Shown in pieces: positions 26,013 through 38,700 of a DNA stretch of 64,000 nucleotides (position 1 is its first letter; every line of letters starts with the position of its first letter). The notes beneath the pieces are model-generated. The model made no database searches. It had not been told where the DNA came from and was given only the letters and a program-made list of their open reading frames with translations. The DNA comes from Heptranchias perlo. Taxonomy: Eukaryota. A program made the translations under genes and the position numbers. The stretch lies in assembly GCF_035084215.1 (NCBI RefSeq), contig NW_027139581.1:4154001-4218000 (forward strand). The letters are read 5' to 3'.

Positions 26013-26569
26013 CTGTCAGGAAGAAAAACAGGGAATTATACTTCAGACTGAGATTAAAAGCAGCAGACTGGTCGAATTCAGGGTGAAATGTTCAATTATT
26101 ATTGAATCCAGGGACAGAATCTTATTCCTTTACCTGTGAAAGAACTTTCTGCTCTGTAGAGGGTTTATTGTAAAACACCGCCCTGGTGTAGCAGGAAACC
26201 AAAACCACCAGCAGGTCCCAGCTCCAATCCAGGGCCTGTACTGGGTCGGCAGTTCGAAGCTCCAATGGCCTCAATGACCTTGTGTTTGGAGGGAAATCGG
26301 ACAGGGTTCCTCGTCCTGGTCACAGTCCTGTGACCCTGCTGGGAACTGCGCATGTCTGGACGATGGATGAACATATTTGGACTGGGCTGTGATTCCCTCC
26401 GAGGGGAAATTGTTCCATTTTTAAAATGACCATCTGAAAACAGGAAAGTCTTGTATTTGTATCACGCCTTTCACGAACTCAGAATGTCCCAAAGCGCTTC
26501 ACAGCCAATGGATTAGTTTTGAAGTGTGATTCAATCAATAATTAATTTCACTGCAATTTGCACCATACA

Positions 26570-26761
26570 GCTGCTTCAACAAACATCCCAAGGAACTTCA
26601 CAGAGGCGTGAGGAAAATGGACGTCAAGCCAAAGAATGAGAGATTCGGAGCAGTGAGGGAAAGCTTGGGTGTGAAGGAGGGTCTTAAAGGGGGAGAGGGA
26701 GGTGGAGAGGATGAAATGTTCTAGGAGAAAATTTCAGAGCGTGAGACGTCCGCGGCTCAAT
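26570..26761 (-). mobile_element. L2 3' end, left flank of the 54-bp array
   Basis: aaggagggtcttaaagggggagagggaggtggagagg is the reverse complement of the L2 3' region at 22405-22450 and 59410-59470. Confidence 0.7.
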
Positions 26762-29700
26762 TCACGGTCACCACTGGTGGAGTGAAGGGAGAGGAGGATG
26801 GACAAGAGACTGGAGTCACGGTCACCACTGGTGGAGTGAAGGGAGAGGAGGATGGACAAGAGACTGGAGTCACGGTCACCACTGGTGGAGTGAAGGGAGA
26901 GGAGGATGGACAAGAGACTGGAGTCACGGTCACCACTGGTGGAGTGAAGGGAGAGGAGGGTGGACAAGAGACTGGAGTCACGGCCTTCATTGGTGGAGTG
27001 AAGGGAGAGGAGGGAGGACAAGAGACTGGAGTCATGACCACCACTGGTGGAGTGAAGGGAGAGGAGGATGGACAAGAGACTGGAGTCACGGCCACCACTG
27101 ATGGAGTGAAGGGAGAGGAGGATGGACAAGAGACTGGAGTCACGGCCACCACTGTTGGAGTGAAGGGAGAGGAGGGTGGACAAGAGACTGGAGTCACGGC
27201 CACCACTGGTGGAGTGAAGGGAGAGGAGGATGGACAAGAGACTGGAGTCACGGCCACCACTGATGGAGTGAAGGGAGAGGAGGATGGACAAGAGACTGGA
27301 GTCACGGCCACCACTGTTGGAGTGAAGGGAGAGGAGGGTGGACAAGAGACTGGAGTCACGGCCACCACTGTTGGAGTGAAGGGAGAGGAGGATGGACAAG
27401 AGACTGGAGTCACGGCCATCACTGATGGAGTGAAGGGAGAGGAGGATGGACAAGAGACTGGAGTCACGGCCACCACTGCTAGAGTGAAGGGAGAGGAGGA
27501 TGGACAAGAGACTGGAGTCACGGCCACCACTGGTGGAGTGAAGGGACAGGAGGGTGGACAAGAGACTGGAGTCACGGTCACCACTGGTGGAGTGAAGGGA
27601 GAGGAGGGTGGACAAGAGACTGGAGTCACGGCCATCACTGGTGGAGTGAAGGGAGAGGAGGATGGACAAGAGACTGGAGTCACGGTCACCACTGGTGGAG
27701 TGAACGGAGAGGAGGGGGGACAAGAGACTGGAGTCACGGCCACCACTGGTGGAGTGAAGGGAGAGGAGGGTGGACAAGAGACTGGAGTCACGGTCACCAC
27801 TGGTGGAGTGAAGGGAGAGGAGGATGGACAAGTGACTGGAGTCACGGTCACCACTGGTGGAGTGAAGGGAGAGGAGGATGGACAAGAGACTGGAGTCACG
27901 GTCACCACTGGTGGAGTGAAGGGAGAGGAGGGTGGACAAGAGACTGGAGTCACGGCCTTCATTGGTGGAGTGAAGGGAGAGGAGGGAGGACAAGAGACTG
28001 GAGTCATGACCACCACTGGTGGAGTGAAGGGAGAGGAGGATGGACAAGAGACTGGAGTCACGGCCACCACTGATGGAGTGAAGGGAGAGGAGGATGGACA
28101 AGAGACTGGAGTCACGGCCACCACTGTTGGAGTGAAGGGAGAGGAGGGTGGACAAGAGACTGGAGTCACGGCCACCACTGGTGGAGTGAAGGGAGAGGAG
28201 GATGGACAAGAGACTGGAGTCACGGCCACCACTGATGGAGTGAAGGGAGAGGAGGATGGACAAGAGACTGGAGTCACGGCCACCACTGTTGGAGTGAAGG
28301 GAGAGGAGGGTGGACAAGAGACTGGAGTCACGGCCACCACTGTTGGAGTGAAGGGAGAGGAGGATGGACAAGAGACTGGAGTCACGGCCATCACTGATGG
28401 AGTGAAGGGAGAGGAGGATGGACAAGAGACTGGAGTCACGGCCACCACTGATAGAGTGAAGGGAGAGGAGGATGGACAAGAGACTGGAGTCACGGCCACC
28501 ACTGGTGGAGTGAAGGGACAGGAGGGTGGACAAGAGACTGGAGTCACGGCCATCACTGGTGGAGTGAAGGGAGAGGAGGGTGGACAAGAGACTGGAGTCA
28601 CGGCCACCACTGGTGGAGTGAAGGGACAGGAGGGTGGACAAGAGACTGGAGTCACGGCCACCACTGGTGGAGTGAAGGGACAGGAGGGTGGACAAGAGAC
28701 TGGAGTCACGGCCACCACTGGTGGAGTGAAGGGAGAGGAGGATGGACAAGAGACTGGAGTCACGGTCACCACTGGTGGAGTTAACGGAGAGGAGGGTGGA
28801 CAAGAGACTGGAGTCACGGCCACCACTGGTGGAGTGAAGGGAGAGGAGGATGGACAAGAGACTGGAGTCACGGCCACCACTGGTGGAGTGAAGGGAGAGG
28901 AGGGTGGACAAGAGACTGGAGTCACGGTCACCACTGGTGGAGTGAACGGAGAGGAGGGTGGACAAGAGACTGGAGTCACGGCCACCACTGGTGGTGTGAA
29001 GGGAGAGGAGGATGGACAAGAGACTGGAGTCACGGCCACCACTGGTGGAGTGAAGGGAGAGGAGGGTGGACAAGAGACTGGAGTCACGGCCACCACTGTT
29101 GGAGTGAAGGGAGAGGAGGGTGGACAAGAGACTGGAGTCACGGTCACCACTGGTGGAGTGAAGGGAGAGGAGGATGGACAAGTGACTGGAGTCACGGTCA
29201 CCACTGGTGGAGTAAAGGGAGAGGAGGATGGACAAGAGACTGGAGACACGGTCACCACTGGTGGAGTAAAGGGAGAGGAGGATGGACAAGAGACTGGAGT
29301 CACGGCCATCACTGGTGGAGTGAAGGGAGAGGAGGGTGGACAAGAGACTGGAGTCACGGCCACCACTGGTGGAGTGAAGGGAGAGGAGGGTGGACAAGAG
29401 ACTGGAGTCACGGCCACCACTGGTGGAGTGAAGGGAGAGGAGGGAGGACAAGAGACTGGAGTCACGGCCATCACTGGTGGAGTGAAGGGAGAGGAGGGTG
29501 GACAAGAAACTGGAGTCACGGCCATCACTGGTGGAGTGAAGGGAGAGGAGGATGGACAAGAGACTGGAGTCACGGTCACCACTGGTGGAGTGAAGGGAGA
29601 GGAGGGTGGACAAGAGACTGGAGTCACGGTCACCACTGGTGGAGTGAAGGGAGAGGAGGATGGACAAGAGACTGGAGTCACGGTCACCACTGGTGGAGTG

Positions 29701-32700
29701 AAGGGAGAGGAGGATGGACAAGAGACTGGAGTCACGGTCACCACTGGTGGAGTGAAGGGAGAGGAGGATGGACAAGAGACTGGAGTCACGGTCACCACTG
29801 GTGGAGTGAAGGGAGAGGAGGATGGACAAGAGACTGGAGTCACGGCCACCACTGGTGGAGTGAAGGGAGAGGAGGATGAACAGGAGACTGGAGTCACGGT
29901 CACCACTGGTGGAGTGAAGGGAGAGGAGGGTGGACAAGAGACTGGAGTCACGGCCTTCATTGGTGGAGTGAAGGGAGAGGAGGATGGACAAGAGACTGGA
30001 GTCACGGTCACCACTGGTGGAGTGAAGGGAGAGGAGGGTGGACAAGAGACTGGAGTCACGGCCACCACTGGTGGAGTGAAGGGAGAGGAGGGTGGACAAG
30101 AGACTGGAGTCACGGCCACCACTGATGGAGTGAAGGGAGAGGAGGATGGACAAGAGACTGGAGTCATGACCACCACTGGTGGAGTGAAGGGAGAGGAGGG
30201 TGGACAAGAGACTGGAGTCACGGCCACCACTGATGGAGTGAAGGGAGAGGAGGATGGACAAGAGACTGGAGTCACGGCCACCACTGTTGGAGTGAAGGGA
30301 GAGGAGGGTGGACAAGAGACTGGAGTCACGGCCACCACTGTTGGAGTGAAGGGAGAGGAGGATGGACAAGAGACTGGAGTCACGGCCATCACTGATGGAG
30401 TGAAGGGAGAGGAGGATGGACAAGAGACTGGAGTCACGGCCACCACAGATAGAGTGAAGGGAGAGGAGGATGGACAAGAGACTGGAGTCACGGCCACCAC
30501 TGGTGGAGTGAAGGGACAGGAGGGTGGACAAGAGACTGGAGTCACGGCCATCACTGGTGGAGTGAAGGGAGAGGAGGGTGGACAAGAGACTGGAGTCACG
30601 TCCACCACTGGTGGAGTGAAGGGACAGGAGGGTGGACAAGAGACTGGAGTCACGGCCACCACTGGTGGAGTGAAGGGACAGGAGGGTGGACAAGAAACTG
30701 GAGTCACGGCCACCACTGGTGGAGTGAAGGGAGAGGAGGATGGACAAGAGACTGGAGTCACGGTCACCACTGGTGGAGTGAACGGAGAGGAGGGTGGACA
30801 AGAGACTGGAGTCACGGCCACCACTGGTGGAGTGAAGGGAGAGGAGGATGGACAAGAGACTGGAGTCACGGCCACCACTGGTGGAGTGAAGGGAGAGGAG
30901 GGTGGACAAGAGACTGGAGTCACGGTCACCACTGGTGGAGTGAACGGAGAGGAGGGTGGACAAGAGACTGGAGTCACGGCCACCACTGGTGGAGTGAAGG
31001 GAGAGGAGGATGGACAAGAGACTGGAGTCACGGCCACCACTGGTGGAGTGAAGGGAGAGGAGGGTGGACAAGAGACTGGAGTCACGGCCACCACTGTTGG
31101 AGTGAAGGGAGAGGAGGGTGGACAAGAGACTGGAGTCACGGTCACCACTGGTGGGGTGAAGGGAGAGGAGGATGGACAAGAGACTGGAGTCACGGCCACC
31201 ACTGGTGGAGTGAAGGGAGAGGAGGATGGACAAGAGACTGGAGTCACGGCCACCACTGGTGGAGTGAAGGGAGAGGAGGGTGGACAAGAGACTGGAGTCA
31301 CGGCCATCACTGGTGGAGTGAAGGGAGAGGAGGGAGGACAAGAGACTGGAGTCACGGTCACCACTGGTGGAGTGAAGGGAGAGGAGGATGGACAAGTGAC
31401 TGGAGTCACGGTCACCACTGGTGGAGTAAAGGGAGAGGAGGATGGACAAGAGACTGGAGTCACGGTCACCACTGGTGGAGTAAAGGGAGAGGAGGATGGA
31501 CAAGAGACTGGAGTCACGGCCATCACTGGTGGAGTGAAGGGAGAGGAGGGTGGACAAGAGACTGGAGTCACGGCCACCACTGGTGGAGTGAAGGGAGAGG
31601 AGGGTGGACAAGAGACTGGAGTCACGGCCACCACTGGTGGAGTGAAGGGAGAGGAGGGAGGACAAGAGACTGGAGTCACGGCCATAACTGGTGGAGTGAA
31701 GGGAGAGGAGGGTGGACAAGAGACTGGAGTCACGGCCACCACTGGTGGAGTGAAGGGAGAGGAGGGTGGACAAGAAACTGGAGTCACGGCCATCACTGGT
31801 GGAGTGAAGGGAGAGGAGGGTGGACAAGAGACTGGAGTCACGACCACCACTGGTGGAGGAAAGGGAGAGGAGGATGGACAAGAGACTGGAGTCACGGTCA
31901 CCACTGGTGGAGTGAAGGGAGAGGAGGATGGACAAGAGACTGGAGTCACGGTCACCACTGGTGGAGTGAAGGGAGAGGAGGGTGGACAAGAGACTGGAGT
32001 CACGGCCACCACTGGTGGAGTAAAGGGAGAGGAGGGTGGACAAGCGACTGGAGTCACGGCCACCACTGGTGGAGTGAAGGGAGAGGAGGATGGACAAGAG
32101 ACTGGAGTCACGGCCACCACTGGTGGAGTGAAGGGAGAGGAGGATGGACAAGAGACTGGAGTCACGGTCACCACTGGTGGAGTGAAGGGAGAGGAGGATG
32201 GACAAGAGACTGGAGTCACGGCCACCACTGGTGGAGTGAAGGGAGAGGAGGGAGGACAAGAGACTGGAGTCACGGCCATAACTGGTGGAGTGAAGGGAGA
32301 GGAGGGTGGACAAGAGACTGGAGTCACGGCCACCACTGGTGGAGTGAAGGGAGAGGAGGGTGGACAAGAAACTGGAGTCACGGCCATCACTGGTGGAGTG
32401 AAGGGAGAGGAGGGTGGACAAGAGACTGGAGTCACGACCACCACTGGTGGAGGAAAGGGAGAGGAGGATGGACAAGAGACTGGAGTCACGGTCACCACTG
32501 GTGGAGTGAAGGGAGAGGAGGATGGACAAGAGACTGGAGTCACGGTCACCACTGGTGGAGTGAAGGGAGAGGAGGGTGGACAAGAGACTGGAGTCACGGC
32601 CACCACTGGTGGAGTAAAGGGAGAGGAGGGTGGACAAGCGACTGGAGTCACGGCCACCACTGGTGGAGTGAAGGGAGAGGAGGATGGACAAGAGACTGGA

Positions 32701-35700
32701 GTCACGGCCACCACTGGTGGAGTGAAGGGAGAGGAGGATGGACAAGAGACTGGAGTCACGGTCACCACTGGTGGAGTGAAGGGAGAGGAGGATGGACAAG
32801 AGACTGGAGTCACGGTCACCACTGGTGGAGTGAAGGGAGAGGAGGATGGACAAGAGACTGGAGTCACGGTCACCACTGGTGGAGTGAAGGGAGAGGAGGG
32901 AGGACAAGAGACTGGAGTCACGGTCACCATTGGTGGAGTGAAGGGAGAGGAGGGTGGACAAGAGACTGGAGTCACGGCCATCACTGATGGAGTGAAGGGA
33001 GAGGAGGATGAACAAGAGACTGGAGTCACGGTCACCACTGGTGGAGTGAAGGGAGAGGAGGGTGGACAAGAGACTGGAGTCACGGTCACCACTGGTGGAG
33101 TGAAGGGAGAGGAGGGAGGACAAGAGACTGGAGTCACGGCCATCACTGATGGAGTGAAGGGAGAGGAGCGTGGACAAGAGACTGGAGTCACGGCCACCAC
33201 TGGTGGAGTGAAGGGAGAGGAGGATGGACAAGAGACTGGAGTCACGGCCACCACTGGTGGAGTGAAGGGAGAGGAGGATGGACAAGAGACTGGAGTCACG
33301 GCCACCACTGGTGGAGTGAAGGGAGAGGAGGGTGGACAAGAGACTGGAGTCACGGCCATCACTGGTGGAGTGAAGTGAGAGGAGGGAGGACAAGAGACTG
33401 GAGTCACGGTCACCACTGGTGGAGTGAAGGGAGAGGAGGATGGACAAGTGACTGGAGTCACGGTCACCACTGGTGGAGTAAAGGGAGAGGAGGATGGACA
33501 AGAGACTGGAGTCACGGTCACCACTGGTGGAGTAAAGGGAGAGGAGGATGGACAAGAGACTGGAGTCACGGCCATCACTGGTGGAGTGAAGGGAGAGGAG
33601 GGTGGACAAGAGACTGGAGTCACGGCCACCACTGGTGGAGTGAAGGGAGAGGAGGGTGGACAAGAGACTGGAGTCACGGCCACCACTGGTGGAGTGAAGG
33701 GAGAGGAGGGAGGACAAGAGACTGGAGTCACGGCCATCACTGGTGGAGTGAAGGGAGAGGAGGGTGGACAAGAGACTGGAGTCACGGCCACCACTGGTGG
33801 AGTGAAGGGAGAGGAGGGTTGACAAGAAACTGGAGTCACGGCCATCACTGGTGGAGTGAAGGGAGAGGAGGGTGGACAAGAGACTGGAGTCACGACCACC
33901 ACTGGTGGAGGAAAGGGAGAGGAGGATGGACAAGAGACTGGAGTCACGGTCACCACTGGTGGAGTGAAGGGAGAGGAGGATGGACAAGAGACTGGAGTCA
34001 CGGTCACCACTGGTGGAGTGAAGGGAGAGGAGGGTGGACAAGAGACTGGAGTCACGGCCACCACTGGTGGAGTAAAGGGAGAGGAGGGTGGACAAGCGAC
34101 TGGAGTCACGGCCACCACTGGTGGAGTGAAGGGAGAGGAGGATGGACAAGAGACTGGAGTCACGGCCACCACTGGTGGAGTGAAGGGAGAGGAGGATGGA
34201 CAAGAGACTGGAGTCACGCTCACCACTGGTGGAGTGAAGGGAGAGGAAGATGGACAAGAGACTGGAGTCACGGCCACCACTGGTGGAGTGAAGGGAGAGG
34301 AGGATGGACAAGAGACTGGAGTCACGGTCACCACTGGTGGAGTGAAGGGAGAGGAGGATGGACAAGAGACTGGAGTCACGGTCACCACTGGTGGAGTGAA
34401 GGGAGAGGAGGATGGACAAGAGACTGGAGTCACGGTCACCACTGGTGGAGTGAAGGGAGAGGAGGGAGGACAAGAGACTGGAGTCACGGTCACCACTGGT
34501 GGAGTGAAGGGAGAGGAGGGTGGACAAGAGACTGGAGTCACGGCCATCACTGATGGAGTGAAGGGAGAGGAGGATGAACAAGAGACTGGAGTCACGGTCA
34601 CCACTGGTGGAGTGAAGGGAGAGGAGGGTGGACAAGAGACTGGAGTCACGGTCACCACTGGTGGAGTGAAGGGAGAGGAGGGAGGACAAGAGACTGGAGT
34701 CACGGCCATCACTGATGGAGTGAAGGGAGAGGAGGGTGGACAAGAGACTGGAGTCACGGCCACCACTGGTGGAGTGAAGGGAGAGGAGGATGGACAAGAG
34801 ACTGGAGTCACGGCCACCACTGGTGGAGTGAAGGGAGAGGAGGGTGGACAAGAGACTGGAGTCACGGCCACCACTGCTGGAGTGAAGGGAGAGGAGGGAG
34901 GACAAGAGACTGGAGTCACGGCCATCACTGATGGAGTGAAGGGAGAGGAGGGTGGACAAGAGACTGGAGTCACGGTCACCACTGGTGGAGTGAAGGGAGA
35001 GGAGGGTGGACAAGAGACTGGAGTCAGGGCCACCACTGCTGGAGTGAAGGGAGAGCAGGATGGACAAGAGACTGGAGTCACGACCACCACTGCTGAAGTG
35101 AAGGGAGAGGAGGATGGACAAGAGACTGGAGTCACGGCCATCACTGGTGGAGTGAAGGGAGAGGAGGATGGACAAGAGACTGGAGTCACGGCCACCACTG
35201 GTGGAGTGAAGGGAGAGGAGGGAGGACAAGAGACTGGAGTCACGGCCACCACTGGTGGAGTGAAGGGAGAGGAGGGTGGACAAGAGACTGGAGTCACGGT
35301 CACCACTGGTGGAGTGAAGGGAGAGGAGGATGGACAAGAGACTGGAGTCACGGCCATCACTGGTGGAGTGAAGGGAGAGGAGGATGGACAAGAGACTGGA
35401 GTCACGGCCATCACTGGTGGAGTGAAGGGAGAGGAGGGTGGACAAGAGACTGGAGTCACGGTCACCACTGGTGGAGTGAAGGGAGAGGAGGGTGGACAAG
35501 AGACTGGAGTCACGGCCATCACTGGTGGAGTGAAGGGAGAGGAGGATGGACAAGAGACTGGAGTCACGGCCATCACTGGTGGAGTGAAGGGAGAGGAGGA
35601 TGGACAAGAGACTGGAGTCACGGCCATCACTGGTGGAGTGAAGGGAGAGGAGGGTGGACAAGGGACTGGAGTCACGGTCACCACTGGTGGAGTGAAGGGA

Positions 35701-38700
35701 CAGGAGGGTGGACAAGAGACTGGAGTCACGGCCACCACTGGTGGAGTGAAGGGAGAGGAGGGTGGACAAGAGACTGGAGTCACGGTCACCACTGGTGGAG
35801 TGAAGGGAGAGGAGGATGGACAAGAGACTGGAGTCACGGTCACCACTGGTGGAGTGAAGGGAGAGGAGGGTGGACAAGAGACTGGAGTCACGGCCACCAC
35901 TGGTGGAGTGAAGGGAGAGGAGGATGGACAAGAGACTGGAGTCACGGTCACCACTGGTGGAGTGAAGGGAGAGGAAGATGGACAAGAGACTGGAGTCACG
36001 GCCACCACTGGTGGAGTGAAGGGAGAGGAGGATGGACAAGAGACTGGAGTCACGGTCACCACTGGTGGAGTGAAGGGAGAGGAGGATGGACAAGAGACTG
36101 GAGTCACGGTCACCACTGGTGGAGTGAAGGGAGAGGAGGATGGACAAGAGACTGGAGTCACGGTCACCACTGGTGGAGTGAAGGGAGAGGAGGGAGGACA
36201 AGAGACTGGAGTCACGGTCACCACTGGTGGAGTGAAGGGAGAGGAGGGTGGACAAGAGACTGGAGTCACGGCCATCACTGATGGAGTGAAGGGAGAGGAG
36301 GATGAACAAGAGACTGGAGTCACGGTCACCACTGGTGGAGTGAAGGGAGAGGAGGGTGGACAAGAGACTGGAGTCACGGTCACCACTGGTGGAGTGAAGG
36401 GAGAGGAGGGAGGACAAGAGACTGGAGTCACGGCCATCACTGATGGAGTGAAGGGAGAGGAGGGTGGACAAGAGACTGGAGTCACGGCCACCACTGGTGG
36501 AGTGAAGGGAGAGGAGGATGGACAAGAGACTTGAGTCATGGCCACCACTGGTGGAGTGAAGGGAGAGGAGGATGGACAAGAGACTGGAGTCACGGCCACC
36601 ACTGGTGGAGTGAAGGGAGAGGAGGGTGGACAAGAGACTGGAGTCACGGCCATCACTGGTGGAGTGAAGGGAGAGGAGGGAGGACAAGAGACTGGAGTCA
36701 CGGTCACCACTGGTGGAGTGAAGGGAGAGGAGGATGGACAAGTGACTGGAGTCACGGTCACCACTGGTGGAGTAAAGGGAGAGGAGGATGGACAAGAGAC
36801 TTGAGTCACGGCCACCACTGGTGGAGTAAAGGGAGAGGAGGATGGACAAGAGACTGGAGTCACGGCCATCACTGGTGGAGTGAAGGGAGAGGAGGGTGGA
36901 CAAGAGACTGGAGTCACGGCCACCACTGGTGGAGTGAAGGGAGAGGAGGGTGGACAAGAGACTGGAGTCACGGCCACCACTGGTGGAGTGAAGGGAGAGG
37001 AGGGAGGACAAGAGACTGGAGTCACGGCCATCACTGGTGGAGTGAAGGGAGAGGAGGGTGGACAAGAGACTGGAGTCACGGCCACCACTGGTGGAGTGAA
37101 GGGAGAGGAGGGTGGACAAGAAACTGGAGTCACGGCCATCACTGGTGGAGTGAAGGGAGAGGAGGGTGGACAAGAGACTGGAGTCACGACCACCACTGGT
37201 GGAGGAAAGGGAGAGGAGGATGGACAAGAGACTGGAGTCACGGTCACCACTGGTGGAGTGAAGGGAGAGGAGGATGGACAAGAGACTGGAGTCACGGTCA
37301 CCACTGGTGGAGTGAAGGGAGAGGAGGGTGGACAAGAGACTGGAGTCACGGCCACCACTGGTGGAGTAAAGGGAGAGGAGGGTGGACAAGCGACTGGAGT
37401 CACGGCCACCACTGGTGGAGTGAAGGGAGAGGAGGATGGACAAGAGACTGGAGTCACGGCCACCACTGGTGGAGTGAAGGGAGAGGAGGATGGACAAGAG
37501 ACTGGAGTCACGGCCACCACTGGTGGAGTGAAGGGAGAGGAGGATGGACAAGAGACTGGAGTCACGGTCACCACTGGTGGAGTGAAGGGAGAGGAGGATG
37601 GACAAGAGACTGGAGTCACGGTCACCACTGGTGGAGTGAAGGGAGAGGAGGATGGACAAGAGACTGGAGTCACGGTCACCACTGGTGGAGTGAAGGGAGA
37701 GGAGGGAGGACAAGAGACTGGAGTCACGGTCACCACTGGTGGAGTGAAGGGAGAGGAGGGTGGACAAGAGACTGGAGTCACGGCCATCACTGATGGAGTG
37801 AAGGGAGAGGAGGATGAACAAGAGACTGGAGTCACGGTCACCACTGGTGGAGTGAAGGGAGAGGAGGGTGGACAAGAGACTGGAGTCACGGTCACCACTG
37901 GTGGAGTGAAGGGAGAGGAGGGAGGACAAGAGACTGGAGTCACGGCCATCACTGATGGAGTGAAGGGAGAGGAGGGTGGACAAGAGACTGGAGTCACGGC
38001 CACCACTGGTGGAGTGAAGGGAGAGGAGGATGGACAAGAGACTGGAGTCACGGCCACCACTGGTGGAGTGAAGGGAGAGGAGGGTGGACAAGAGACTGGA
38101 GTCACGGCCACCACTGCTGGAGTGAAGGGAGAGGAGGGAGGACAAGAGACTGGAGTCACGGCCATCACTGATGGAGTGAAGGGAGAGGAGGGTGGACAAG
38201 AGACTGGAGTCACGGTCACCACTGGTGGAGTGAAGGGAGAGGAGGGTGGACAAGAGACTGGAGTCAGGGCCACCACTGCTGGAGTGAAGGGAGAGCAGGA
38301 TGGACAAGAGACTGGAGTCACGACCACCACTGCTGAAGTGAAGGGAGAGGAGGATGGACAAGAGACTGGAGTCACGGCCATCACTGGTGGAGTGAAGGGA
38401 GAGGAGGATGGACAAGAGACTGGAGTCACGGCCACCACTGGTGGAGTGAAGGGAGAGGAGGGAGGACAAGAGACTGGAGTCACGGCCACCACTGGTGGAG
38501 TGAAGGGAGAGGAGGGTGGACAAGAGACTGGAGTCCCGGTCACCACTGGTGGAGTGAAGGGAGAGGAGGATGGACAAGAGACTGGAGTCACGGCCATCAC
38601 TGGTGGAGTGAAGGGAGAGGAGGATGGACAAGAGACTGGAGTCACGGTCACCACTGGTGGAGTGAAGGGAGAGGAGGGTGGACAAGAGACTGGAGTCACG